A stretch of 64,000 bases of DNA from Fidelibacterota bacterium (GCA_045560235.1 JBJKZP010000002.1:18332-82331); one strand, 5' to 3'; shown: positions 37,646 to 46,874, counted from the first letter of the stretch. Numbers and translations: made by a program. Notes: generated from the letters alone by a model not told the origin.

Positions 37646-38353
37646 TTATTTTGTATCCATTCTAGCAGCTGCCCAAACAATGACACCTGGAAGAATTTTG
37701 TTAACAAAATCAGCTAGATTGTAAACTGTATTTACAACTACCATATCTGGCGCTGCGCCTCCACCAAAATAACCTAAAGCATAACCTAGTGGATAAATAA
37801 TCCAACCAAAAGTTACAATTTTCTTTAAGCTATCATAAGCATAGTGTCCAGCAGCGTTACTTGATCCAGCATTAGCTTCAGCAGCTTCACCTGACCAAAG
37901 TTCTCTAAGGCATAGAGCCCAGAAAAGCATACCGCCAACAAAACCAGTTGTTTCATTGACCCATGAACATGCACCTGATTCGCCTAAATAACCAAAAACA
38001 AGCATTAATGTTGAAAAACCAAGAAGTCTATGAAAAACTCCTGCACTTACTTTAGTTACTGCAAGCAGAACAATATAAAGTTCAACCATCAGTAGTGGTA
38101 CGGTAATTAACCAGTCAATATATCTAATTTCAGTAACTACATCTCCACCCATTTTTCTCATATAGATGTAGTGAATAGCAGCTATGAAACATACTAAGAA
38201 AGATACAGTTAATGATGTTTTCCATTTTGGATTTACATTGTCGCGCTCCATCCAAAAGAATAAAGAAGCGGCAATTAAAGCCATATTAACTACGAAGAAT
38301 GTAAAACCGTCCACAGTGGCCGGTGTCATCGCATCAATTAAGTTTATAAACAT
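37646..38353 (-). CDS. Proteorhodopsin (light-driven proton pump, DTE motif, Leu at the spectral tuning site)
   Basis: RYIDWLITVPLLMVELYIVL gives D/T/E at the positions homologous to D97/T101/E108, and Leu at position 105. AAIHYIYMR provides the H75 equivalent. YNLADFVNKILPG carries the Schiff-base Lys. Confidence 0.92.
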   Translation of the reverse strand: MFINLIDAMTPATVDGFTFFVVNMALIAASLFFWMERDNVNPKWKTSLTVSFLVCFIAAIHYIYMRKMGGDVVTEIRYIDWLITVPLLMVELYIVLLAVTKVSAGVFHRLLGFSTLMLVFGYLGESGACSWVNETTGFVGGMLFWALCLRELWSGEAAEANAGSSNAAGHYAYDSLKKIVTFGWIIYPLGYALGYFGGGAAPDMVVVNTVYNLADFVNKILPGVIVWAAARMDTK

Positions 38354-38432
38354 GTTTTATACCTCATTATTATTAAATTGAAGGTAATATATAATTAAAT
38401 TTATTTAAAACTCAAATACTTTAACAAGGAAC

Positions 38433-39026
38433 ATGAAAAAAGAATTTCAAAACATTTATGATAAAATAGCTGGTTTCATGAAAGATGCTATTATTGATTC
38501 GTCTCATTCATATAGAACATTTTCTTTAGCTTCTATCGACAATAAATCTCCAAAAGTAAGAACCGTTGTTTTAAGAGATTTCTCCATAAAAAACAACTAT
38601 TTTGAGTTTCATTCTGATATACGTAGTCCAAAATTAGTAGAATTAAAAAATAATAATAATTTTTCAGCATTGTTTTATTCATCTGAAACTAAAGTCCAAA
38701 TTAGATTTAATGGTAAAACAAAAATCCTTTATGATTGCTCTCAAACAGAAAAGCGTTGGGAGCAGATAACGCCTTCATCGAAAAGATGTTATATGGGACC
38801 TTACAGTCCATCAGAGTCATTAAGTGAATATCATCCAAATATTCCTGAAAGTGTTCAATTTAAGAACCCTTCCGATGAGGAGTCTTTAGATGGATACAAA
38901 AATTTTGTAATTGTTAGATGTTATTTTGATAAAATTGATTACCTAAAATTAAAATACAGTGGACATTTTAGATGTAGTTTTATGTTAAATGAAAGTGGTA
39001 TTGATGCTGAATGGATAGCACCTTAA
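38433..39026 (+). CDS. Pyridoxamine 5'-phosphate oxidase-like FMN-binding family protein
   Basis: PKVRTVVLRDF...FEFHSDIRSPKLVEL...VQIRFNG pattern and the C-terminal EWIAP tail resemble the PNPOx-like split-barrel fold. Confidence 0.6.
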   Translation: MKKEFQNIYDKIAGFMKDAIIDSSHSYRTFSLASIDNKSPKVRTVVLRDFSIKNNYFEFHSDIRSPKLVELKNNNNFSALFYSSETKVQIRFNGKTKILYDCSQTEKRWEQITPSSKRCYMGPYSPSESLSEYHPNIPESVQFKNPSDEESLDGYKNFVIVRCYFDKIDYLKLKYSGHFRCSFMLNESGIDAEWIAP

Positions 39027-39027
39027 A

Positions 39028-39135
39028 ATGAAAAGTACAATTATATTAATGGTCTTTCTTGTAATTTTTGGAACACTATTTAACTTTTTAACAATCAAGC
39101 GATACATAAGGAAAAGAAAAGATGAAAAAAATTAA
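39028..39135 (+). CDS. Unannotated 35-aa single-TM micro-ORF
   Basis: MKSTIILMVFLVIFGTLFNFLTIKRYIRKRKDEKN. It starts 1 nt after the upstream stop and overlaps the rhodanese start by 14 nt. A hydrophobic helix is followed by a basic tail. Hand-translated; absent from the ORF track. Confidence 0.35.
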   Translation: MKSTIILMVFLVIFGTLFNFLTIKRYIRKRKDEKN

Positions 39136-39502
39136 ATTAATCTTATTATTTTTTATAGTAATTTTTTCTATGAATTTTTGCACCAAAAATATAGATGTTA
39201 TAACTATGCAGCAATTTCAAAGTAGGATTTTGGATCAAAATACTGTTGTATTAGATGTTCGAACAGAAGAGGAGTACTTTGGACCATTAGGTCATATAGA
39301 TGGTGCAATTCTTATTCCCATCAATGAGCTTGAAAGTAGGATGGTAGAATTAAAAAAATTCCAAGATGAAACAATTTATGTTGTTTGTAGAAGTGGAAAT
39401 AGATCAAATCTTGGCAAAGATTTACTAATTGAAAATAATTTTAAAGCAGTAAATGTTGATGGCGGTATGTTGGCCTGGAAGGCTGATAGCAATGCGAGAT
39501 AA
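39122..39502 (+). CDS. Rhodanese-domain sulfurtransferase, probable lipoprotein
   Basis: Active-site loop VVCRSGNRS. N-terminal signal with a Cys (FSMNFC). 126 aa. Confidence 0.85.
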   Translation: MKKIKLILLFFIVIFSMNFCTKNIDVITMQQFQSRILDQNTVVLDVRTEEEYFGPLGHIDGAILIPINELESRMVELKKFQDETIYVVCRSGNRSNLGKDLLIENNFKAVNVDGGMLAWKADSNAR

Positions 39503-39596
39503 AAAAGACATTGTTTTTTACTATAAAAAATCTTTTTTAACGATAATTGTAATAATGTTTATTTTATTAATACCTTTCTTTTTATATGCGAATTAA
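39492..39596 (+). CDS. Unannotated 34-aa single-TM micro-ORF
   Basis: MRDKKDIVFYYKKSFLTIIVIMFILLIPFFLYAN. It overlaps the rhodanese stop by 11 nt and the next gene's start by 11 nt. Hand-translated; absent from the ORF track. Confidence 0.35.
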   Translation: MRDKKDIVFYYKKSFLTIIVIMFILLIPFFLYAN

Positions 39597-40221
39597 GCAA
39601 AAATATATAATTGATTTTGCCAAGGGAATAACTTGGATACTGGTTTTAGCCTTAATATTTTGCTTTAATCAAGAACAAAACATAACGGCATGGATTTATT
39701 TCTGTTTACATGGATCTTATGGGTTAATGTGGGTTGCTAAAAGCTACATTTTTCCAGATAAAACATGGGAAAGTAAGGTTCATATTCCTTATGCTGCTTT
39801 AATTTTTATTGGTCTAATCTTGTACTGGGCACCAGCCTTTATTATTGCTTTAACAGGCCATGAAGCGTCGATACCTATTATTACTGCTGCAATTTTTATA
39901 TTCTCAATTGGGGTATTTTATCATTTTGCTTCAGATATGCAAAAATATATTTTTTTAAAAAATAACTCCGGCTTAATAACTGATGGTTTTTGGAAGCAGT
40001 GTAGACATCCAAATTATTTTGGTGAACTTTTAATCTATTTAAGCTTTGTTCTTCTTGTTGTTGAGACGTCTTTATGGTGGATTCCAGTATCAATTCTTAT
40101 TCTATTTATTGTTGCTGTTTGGATTCCCAATATGATTAAAATTGATAAATCTCTTTCAAGATTTGAAGAACATAAATCTTACAAGGAGAAAACAGCTTTT
40201 ATAGTACCCTATATCTTATAA
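39586..40221 (+). CDS. DUF1295 / steroid-5-alpha-reductase / ICMT-like polytopic membrane protein
   Basis: RHPNYFGELLIYLSF motif and about 6 TM helices. Confidence 0.65.
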   Translation: MRIKQKYIIDFAKGITWILVLALIFCFNQEQNITAWIYFCLHGSYGLMWVAKSYIFPDKTWESKVHIPYAALIFIGLILYWAPAFIIALTGHEASIPIITAAIFIFSIGVFYHFASDMQKYIFLKNNSGLITDGFWKQCRHPNYFGELLIYLSFVLLVVETSLWWIPVSILILFIVAVWIPNMIKIDKSLSRFEEHKSYKEKTAFIVPYIL

Positions 40222-40607
40222 TGAAATCGAAAACAGTGATATATTATGACGGTATTTGTATTCTTTGCTCATCTGTAATGAGCACTTTAATCAAAATGGA
40301 TAAAGATAATATTTTATATTTTAGTCCACTGCAGTCTAACTTTGCAAAATCAACACTTGATAACAAATATTTAGAAACGATGGGTACTGTGATAGTTAAG
40401 AATGATGAAAAGATATATACTAAATCCAATGCTGCTTTTATAATTCTTGAACAACTAAAGAATCCTTTAAGATATTTATTGTATTTAGTTCCAAGTTTTT
40501 TTACTGATTTTATTTACGACTTTGTTGCAAAAAGAAGATATAGCTGGTTTGGAAAAAAAGAAGAATGTATTTTTCCATTAAACAATCCAAAATTTTTAAT
40601 TGACTGA
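40221..40607 (+). CDS. DCC-family thiol-disulfide oxidoreductase (DUF393)
   Basis: N-terminal IYYDGICILCS (DGxCxLC motif). 128 aa. Confidence 0.7.
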   Translation: MKSKTVIYYDGICILCSSVMSTLIKMDKDNILYFSPLQSNFAKSTLDNKYLETMGTVIVKNDEKIYTKSNAAFIILEQLKNPLRYLLYLVPSFFTDFIYDFVAKRRYSWFGKKEECIFPLNNPKFLID

Positions 40608-41020
40608 TGAAAAAAGAACAATTCTCTAGATTTTATGATATGGAAACGAGATGGTATGATGAAGATATGTTAGGTCATCTTAATCATGGAACCGCAGTAA
40701 CTTATTTTGAAGATGCTAGAGTGAGACATGCACATGATATTGGACTTTCACCTTACGATAGTAATAAATTTCCATTTATTGTTGCTTCAATGTCATTCAA
40801 TTTTTTAAAACAAGTCAAGCACCCAAAAAAAATCAGCATAGGACTTAAAGTTTCCAGAGTCGGAGGAAAAAGTTTCGACTATGAATATGGTTTATTTGTT
40901 GAGGATGACAATGAATGTGCAATTAGTTGCCATATGACACTTGTTTGTTTTGACTTTAGAAGCCAAAAAAGTGTAAAAGTTTTTGAAGAGATAAAAAATG
41001 ATTTTGGGGATAATGAATGA
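40607..41020 (+). CDS. 4HBT/YbgC-like acyl-CoA thioesterase (hot-dog fold)
   Basis: 137 aa. N-terminal RWYDEDMLGHLNHGTAVTYFEDAR pattern is typical of the thioesterase superfamily. Confidence 0.7.
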   Translation: MKKEQFSRFYDMETRWYDEDMLGHLNHGTAVTYFEDARVRHAHDIGLSPYDSNKFPFIVASMSFNFLKQVKHPKKISIGLKVSRVGGKSFDYEYGLFVEDDNECAISCHMTLVCFDFRSQKSVKVFEEIKNDFGDNE

Positions 41021-41760
41021 ATATTGTAATAGAAAATGATATAAAAATAATTCGAATGGGCGATAAAGGCCCAAATCTTTTAAGCGTTGATAGAGCAAAA
41101 AAAATTATTAAAGAGCTAAACTATAACGAATGTAAGGCAGTTATTTTTCTAGGAAACGATAAAGTTTTTAGCGCTGGGTTAAATCTAAAAGATTTAACAT
41201 CTGCTACAAAGCCGGATCAAGTAGCTTTAATTTTTGGTACTCTTGGAAAATTACTCCAAGCATGCAGAGATTTTCAAGGACCTGTAATCAGTATTGTAGG
41301 TGGGCATGCAATAGCTGGAGGCTGTCTTCTCGCTCTAGCTTCTGATTACCGCTATGGAATGCACGGGATGCATCGGATGGGATTGAATGAAATGGCAATT
41401 GGAATTGACTTACCATCAGATATGCTTTCAATTATTTCACATTCTATCAGTAGAGATAATTTATTTGAAGTTGCAACACAGTGCAAGATGTATACACCAG
41501 TTCAAGCTGAGAAAAAAGGATTGATAAATGAGCTAGTTGGACACCGATTTTCAGGAAAGAAAAATGCTACTTCACTTGCTTTAGAAAAAGCAAAAAAATT
41601 AGCTCAATTCTATATAAATGCTGGCGAACCATTTGTTAGGTTGAAGCAGTCGCTTATGCATGAAACTACTTTTGACTATGATATATTGATTGAAAATTGG
41701 TTCTCAGATGAGACACAGAAAAAAGTCAAAACTGTAATGAGCTCATTAGCAAAAAAATGA
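41017..41760 (+). CDS. Enoyl-CoA hydratase/isomerase (crotonase) family protein
   Basis: KVFSAGLNLKDL and VGGHAIAGGCLLALASDYR oxyanion-hole segments. Confidence 0.75.
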   Translation: MNIVIENDIKIIRMGDKGPNLLSVDRAKKIIKELNYNECKAVIFLGNDKVFSAGLNLKDLTSATKPDQVALIFGTLGKLLQACRDFQGPVISIVGGHAIAGGCLLALASDYRYGMHGMHRMGLNEMAIGIDLPSDMLSIISHSISRDNLFEVATQCKMYTPVQAEKKGLINELVGHRFSGKKNATSLALEKAKKLAQFYINAGEPFVRLKQSLMHETTFDYDILIENWFSDETQKKVKTVMSSLAKK

Positions 41761-42656
41761 ATATTCTTGTCGCAGGCGGCACCGGATTTATTGGAAAAAA
41801 AATTGTTGGAACTTTATCAAGTCAAAATTATAAGGTTTTTGTTTTAACAAGAAATATAAATCATCATAAAAATTCATTTGGAAAAAATATAGAGCTAGTT
41901 GAATGGAATGCTACGAATCCTAGGCTGCTTTCAAAAATATCTGTATTAATTAAATTAAATGGAGAGAAAGTAGATCAATTGTGGACAAAAAAAACCAAAA
42001 GAAAAATTCTTTCTAGTAGAATTGAGACTACCAATCTTCTATACAAGTTCTGCAAAACAAATCAAATTATTCCAAAACAATTAATTAATGCATCAGCTGT
42101 TGGTATTTATGCTAATAATGAAGCTAAGTATGATTCTGCCGTGAACGAAGATTCGAGCCATGGAAACACATTTCTATCGGATGTATGCATTCAAAATGAA
42201 AAGGGATGTGAAATATTTAGTTCCTTCGAAAATATGAAAATGATCCAATTACGAATTGGAGTAGTACTTCAAAAAAAAATTGTATCATTACTTTCTTTGC
42301 CTTTGTTTTTTTCAATTCCAATTCCAGGAAATAAAAATCATTATTTTCCATGGGTTCACGTTGACGACATTGCTGGATTTACTTCGTTTTCTATCAAAAA
42401 TAATTTAGAAGGAGTTTTCAATTTAGTTTCTCCAGATTTTGCAAATCATCAAAAATTCTTTAAGGAAATTATTAGTTATAAAAAAGGTTTACTAAGATGG
42501 GTTTTATTTATACCAAATATAATAGTAAAACTTTTTTTAAGAGATATGAGTGAAATGTTATTGTATGGCCCTAAAACAGAGCCAAAAAGGACTTTAGAGA
42601 GTGGATACAAATTCAAATTTAAATCTTTAAAAGATGCACTTTCAAGTCTCTCTTAA
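41757..42656 (+). CDS. YfcH-type (TIGR01777) NAD-binding epimerase family protein with a DUF1731 C-terminus
   Basis: MNILVAGGTGFIGKKIV Rossmann motif. C-terminal PKRTLESGYKFKFKSLKDAL is typical of the YfcH family. Confidence 0.75.
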   Translation: MNILVAGGTGFIGKKIVGTLSSQNYKVFVLTRNINHHKNSFGKNIELVEWNATNPRLLSKISVLIKLNGEKVDQLWTKKTKRKILSSRIETTNLLYKFCKTNQIIPKQLINASAVGIYANNEAKYDSAVNEDSSHGNTFLSDVCIQNEKGCEIFSSFENMKMIQLRIGVVLQKKIVSLLSLPLFFSIPIPGNKNHYFPWVHVDDIAGFTSFSIKNNLEGVFNLVSPDFANHQKFFKEIISYKKGLLRWVLFIPNIIVKLFLRDMSEMLLYGPKTEPKRTLESGYKFKFKSLKDALSSLS

Positions 42657-42737
42657 TAAATAGCTTGGAAAATCTTAAAAATTTGGTAAATTTCAGGCTG
42701 TGAAAACAATAAAAATTCTACTAAAAGGATTAATCAA

Positions 42738-43727
42738 TTGACTGCCAAAATTTCAAAAAAACTTTCGAACGAATTAAAGAATATTGAATCTACCGGTCCT
42801 GACGAAATGGCTGCTGCTATTGAAAAAGAGCAAGCAGAAGAAGAAAAAAGAAAACAGGCTTTAGGTAGAGCTGATGAGAGAATTAAGAGATCTAAAGTAT
42901 CTAGCGGTACTATTAGTATGTATTTATCTGAAATATCTCAATACGAACCTCTAGCTCCAGAAAAAGAGGTTGAATTAGCAGTGTTAATTGCTAAGGGCGA
43001 TAAAAGAGCTATGAAGGAGCTAGTAGAGGCAAATTTAAGATTTGTTGTATCTGTTGCGAAGAAATATCAAGGAAATGGTCTGTCTTTATCAGATATCATT
43101 AACGAAGGTAATTTAGGCTTAATTAAAGCTGCAAAAAGATTTGATCCTTCAAGGGGATTTAAATTTATTTCGTATGCAGTTTGGTGGATTAGACAAGCAA
43201 TTCTTCAAGCATTAGCAGAACAAGGAAGATTAATAAGATTGCCTTTAAATCGTGTAGGTACGATTACAAAAATAACCAAAGCTGCTGAAAAACTTGAAGC
43301 TGAAATGGGTAGACCTCCAAAAGTTGAAGAGATTAGTCATCAACTTGATGTAAAAACTGAAGAAGTTTTTAATGCTCTACAGTATTCAAGAAGACATAGT
43401 TCATTAGATGCTCCTTTTGCTGAAGGCGAAGATAGTTCTTTAATTAATGTCATTGAAGATGAGCAGGAAAAAGATCCTGATAATAAAGTAATGGATACTT
43501 CAATGAAAGAAGAAATTGGATCTGCTTTAAGCACTTTAACAGAAAGAGAACGCTCAGTAATAGAAATGTATTTTGGAATTAATAGAGATAGATCTTTTAC
43601 ACTTAACGAAATTGGTGAACAATTTAGCTTAACTAGAGAGCGTGTAAGACAAATTAAAGAAAAAGCTATTAGAAGATTAGCTCATAAAACTAGAAGTGAG
43701 CCTTTGAGAGTTTATCTTGGACAGTAG
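42738..43727 (+). CDS. rpoD: Primary-type RNA polymerase sigma-70 factor (short FCB-type RpoD)
   Basis: Region 2 (NLRFVVSVAKKYQGNGLSLSDIINEGNLGLIKAAKRFD...FISYAVWWIRQAI) and region 4.2 (LTRERVRQIKEKAIRRL). The start is uncertain: TTG 42738 or ATG 42807. Confidence 0.9.
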   Translation: MTAKISKKLSNELKNIESTGPDEMAAAIEKEQAEEEKRKQALGRADERIKRSKVSSGTISMYLSEISQYEPLAPEKEVELAVLIAKGDKRAMKELVEANLRFVVSVAKKYQGNGLSLSDIINEGNLGLIKAAKRFDPSRGFKFISYAVWWIRQAILQALAEQGRLIRLPLNRVGTITKITKAAEKLEAEMGRPPKVEEISHQLDVKTEEVFNALQYSRRHSSLDAPFAEGEDSSLINVIEDEQEKDPDNKVMDTSMKEEIGSALSTLTERERSVIEMYFGINRDRSFTLNEIGEQFSLTRERVRQIKEKAIRRLAHKTRSEPLRVYLGQ

Positions 43728-44151
43728 TTTAAATTCTGCTTTAATTTTATTCCCAATTTTTCCAATAATCTTAATAATGCATTTACATACACTTGTTAAT
43801 GCGTTGCAAATTAAAAAATCAATATTAAGCAAAGAACTAGATCCTCGATGGTTGAAGTTTATGCCGGGTTGGCAAGAAATTCCTGATAATATTCAAGCTT
43901 CTAGAGAATTATATAAGAATCTTTTTCAAGCTCCGATAATTTTTTTAATCTTTTGTTTGTTTGCATATGTTTTAAATAATGTATCTATATTTAATCTAGT
44001 TTTAGCGTGGATGTATGTTGTTTTGAGGATATGGCATTATTTTGTTAGAATTACAAATCCAAAACTCTCAAAAAGAAGAATTCCCTTCCAGTATTCCTTG
44101 ATTGTAAGTCTTGTATTATGGATTGATTTATTCATTTTTTTGTTAAAATAA
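43717..44151 (+). CDS. Small polytopic membrane protein, possibly MAPEG family
   Basis: 144 aa with 3-4 TM helices. NLFQAPIIF and LRIWHYFVRI loosely match MAPEG signature positions. 11-nt overlap with rpoD. Confidence 0.45.
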   Translation: MDSSLNSALILFPIFPIILIMHLHTLVNALQIKKSILSKELDPRWLKFMPGWQEIPDNIQASRELYKNLFQAPIIFLIFCLFAYVLNNVSIFNLVLAWMYVVLRIWHYFVRITNPKLSKRRIPFQYSLIVSLVLWIDLFIFLLK

Positions 44152-44192
44152 TTAATAGCACAACAATTCACATAGTTGTATAATCCTTTATT

Positions 44193-45509
44193 ATGGCTAA
44201 AAAACCAAAAATAGCAATTATTGGACGTCCAAATGTTGGTAAATCTACATTGTTTAACAAGCTTTCTGGAAAAAGAACATCTATTGTTGATCAGCTAGAA
44301 GGAGTAACTAGGGACAGGGTCTATGCAAGCGCAGAATGGTTATCACAGGAATTTAATATTATTGATACTGGAGGGTTTGTTAGCTCCAATGAAGATATTT
44401 TTAATAAAAAAATTAAAGTACAAATTTCAGCAGCTCTAAATGAGTGTCATGGAATAATTTTTCTTGTCGATGGTAAAGATGGTTTAAATCCTAATGATAA
44501 CCTTTTATCTAAATTAGTTAGAAAGTCAGGTAAAAATTTTGTGATGGGTGTTAATAAGTGCGATACTCCAGATCACAGCTTTAGAAAAGACCAATTCTTT
44601 GATCTTGGTTTTGAAAATCCTTTTCCAATTTCTGCATTAAATGGAGCTGGTATAGGCGATATGTTAGATGAGCTGTTTGAGCACATTGATTTTAATTTGA
44701 TTTCTAAATCTGATGACGATGAGGATTGTTCTATTTCTATTGTAGGAATGCCAAATGTTGGAAAGTCATCATTGTTGAATGCTTTGCTTCAAAGAGATCA
44801 AGCAATAGTCTCTGATATTGCAGGTACTACCAGAGATTCTTTGGATACTGTAATTAAGTGGCACGGAAAAAATATCAAAGTAGTCGACACAGCAGGCCTT
44901 AGAAAAAAGAGCAAGATTGATACGGATATAGAATTTTATAGCTCTCTAAGAGCAATGGATTCACTTCTGAGATCAGATTTAGTTTTACTTGTTGTCGATG
45001 CTGAGAAGGGGTTTACAAAACAAGAAAAGTCGATTGCTAAAGAGGTAATTAAAAAAGGAAAAAGAATGATTATCCTTGTTAATAAATGGGATTTAGCTTC
45101 AGGGACTGACATTTCGGCGGAGCTTTATAAAGAAGATATGTATGATGAATTCAAAGATTTAAGACATTACCCTATTTTATTTGTTTCTGCTTTGACAAAA
45201 AGGAGAGTATCAAATATTTTGGAAATTGCTTGGGATGTTTTTACAAAGCAAAGAGAAAAATTATCTACTAAAAAACTTAACGAATGGGTGGAAAAAGCTG
45301 TTAGAAACTATCCTCCTCCAGCTAAACTTGGTAAATCAATTAAGTTAAAATTTATTGAACAAGTTCAACAGTCTCCTCCAATTTTTGCAATATTTAGTAA
45401 TTATCCAAAGCTAATATCTGTACAATATTTAAGGTACTTGCATAATCAATTAAGGGATTCTTTTGATTTAAAGGGCATAACTATTAAGTTTTCTCTAAGA
45501 AAAGGCTAA
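44193..45509 (+). CDS. der: Ribosome-associated GTPase Der (EngA)
   Basis: Two G domains (GRPNVGKST and GMPNVGKSS; DTGG and DTAG; NKCD and NKWD) plus a KH-like C-terminus. Confidence 0.95.
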   Translation: MAKKPKIAIIGRPNVGKSTLFNKLSGKRTSIVDQLEGVTRDRVYASAEWLSQEFNIIDTGGFVSSNEDIFNKKIKVQISAALNECHGIIFLVDGKDGLNPNDNLLSKLVRKSGKNFVMGVNKCDTPDHSFRKDQFFDLGFENPFPISALNGAGIGDMLDELFEHIDFNLISKSDDDEDCSISIVGMPNVGKSSLLNALLQRDQAIVSDIAGTTRDSLDTVIKWHGKNIKVVDTAGLRKKSKIDTDIEFYSSLRAMDSLLRSDLVLLVVDAEKGFTKQEKSIAKEVIKKGKRMIILVNKWDLASGTDISAELYKEDMYDEFKDLRHYPILFVSALTKRRVSNILEIAWDVFTKQREKLSTKKLNEWVEKAVRNYPPPAKLGKSIKLKFIEQVQQSPPIFAIFSNYPKLISVQYLRYLHNQLRDSFDLKGITIKFSLRKG

Positions 45510-46795
45510 TGACAAAAAAACAAACTTATAGTTGGGCGTTATATGATTGGGCAAATTCTGCTTTTGCTACAACGGTAATGGCTGGTTTTTTCCCTATTTT
45601 CTTTTCTCAATATTGGTCTAATCCTGACAATTTATCTATAAGCACCTTTTACCTTGGTCTAGGCAATTCTATTGCATCATTAATTGTTGCATTGATGGCA
45701 CCCATTTTAGGAGCCATAGCAGATAGAGGAAGTTTCAAGAAAAAGTTTCTTATTTTCTTTGCATTTTTAGGTATTGTAATGACTTTGAGTTTAGGGTTTG
45801 TTGCTCAAGGAATGTGGCAAGTTGCTTTATTGGTATATATTTTTTCAACCATAGGTTTTTCTGGTGCAAATATTTTTTATGATTCATTATTACCTGCAGT
45901 TTCAGATGAAAAAAGCGTTGATCAAGTATCTGCATTAGGTTTTTCATTGGGCTATCTTGGGGGAGGAATCCTCATCATTATTAATTTTTTGATGATTTCA
46001 TATCCTTCAGCTTTTGGGTTAATTGATGCAGTTCAAGCAACAAAATACTCTTTTATTTCAGTCGCTGTTTGGTGGACTATATTTTCTCTACCATTAATCT
46101 TTTTTGTTGAAGAGCCAAAACATCATAGTCAAGAAGGTATTCGTGATTCAATTAAGAATGGTTTAGTTCAATTCAAAAGTACTTTTAATGATTTAAAAAA
46201 ATTAAAAGTTGTTGCCACCTTTCTTCTGGCATATTGGCTTTATATTGACGGCGTTGATACAGTTGTTAGAATGGCAGCAAATTTTGCTTTTACTTTAGGT
46301 TTTGATCAATCTGCTATTATGGGAGCATTAGTATTTATTCAATTGATAGCATTTGTTGCTACTCTTGCTTACATAAAGCTGTCAAAATTTATTGGGTTAA
46401 AAAACGGCATATACTTAGGAATTTTAGGATATTTAGTGATTATTTTTGCAGGTTATTTTACAGAGACTATTACGCATTTTTATATTGTTGCTTTCTTGAT
46501 TGGTTGTTTTCAGGGCGGAATACAATCTTTGAGTAGAAGTTTATATTCAAGAATTATTCCTGAAAAAAAAGCTGCTGAATTCTATGGTTTTTACAATATG
46601 CTAGGAAAATTTGCAGCAGTTTTTGGACCTATTCTAATGGGGACTGTTACTTTACTCTTGAGTAATGTTGTAGAAAATGAAATCTTAGCAGCTCGCTTTG
46701 GTTTAATGTCAATTATGATCTTATTTCTTTTGGGAGGTTATATTTTTTCAAAGGTAGATATAGCTGAAGGCGAAGCAATTGCCAAAAACCTTTAA
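45509..46795 (+). CDS. MFS transporter, UMF1/Atg22-like family
   Basis: N-terminal SWALYDWANSAFATTVMAGFFPIFF is characteristic of the family. About 12 TM helices. Confidence 0.8.
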   Translation: MTKKQTYSWALYDWANSAFATTVMAGFFPIFFSQYWSNPDNLSISTFYLGLGNSIASLIVALMAPILGAIADRGSFKKKFLIFFAFLGIVMTLSLGFVAQGMWQVALLVYIFSTIGFSGANIFYDSLLPAVSDEKSVDQVSALGFSLGYLGGGILIIINFLMISYPSAFGLIDAVQATKYSFISVAVWWTIFSLPLIFFVEEPKHHSQEGIRDSIKNGLVQFKSTFNDLKKLKVVATFLLAYWLYIDGVDTVVRMAANFAFTLGFDQSAIMGALVFIQLIAFVATLAYIKLSKFIGLKNGIYLGILGYLVIIFAGYFTETITHFYIVAFLIGCFQGGIQSLSRSLYSRIIPEKKAAEFYGFYNMLGKFAAVFGPILMGTVTLLLSNVVENEILAARFGLMSIMILFLLGGYIFSKVDIAEGEAIAKNL

Positions 46796-46874
46796 TTTCA
46801 ATAGAAGAAGAACAATTTTAAAATTTTTTGAAATAAAGCGCTCACAAAGTTGCAATTTTTTATAAATTATCGAC

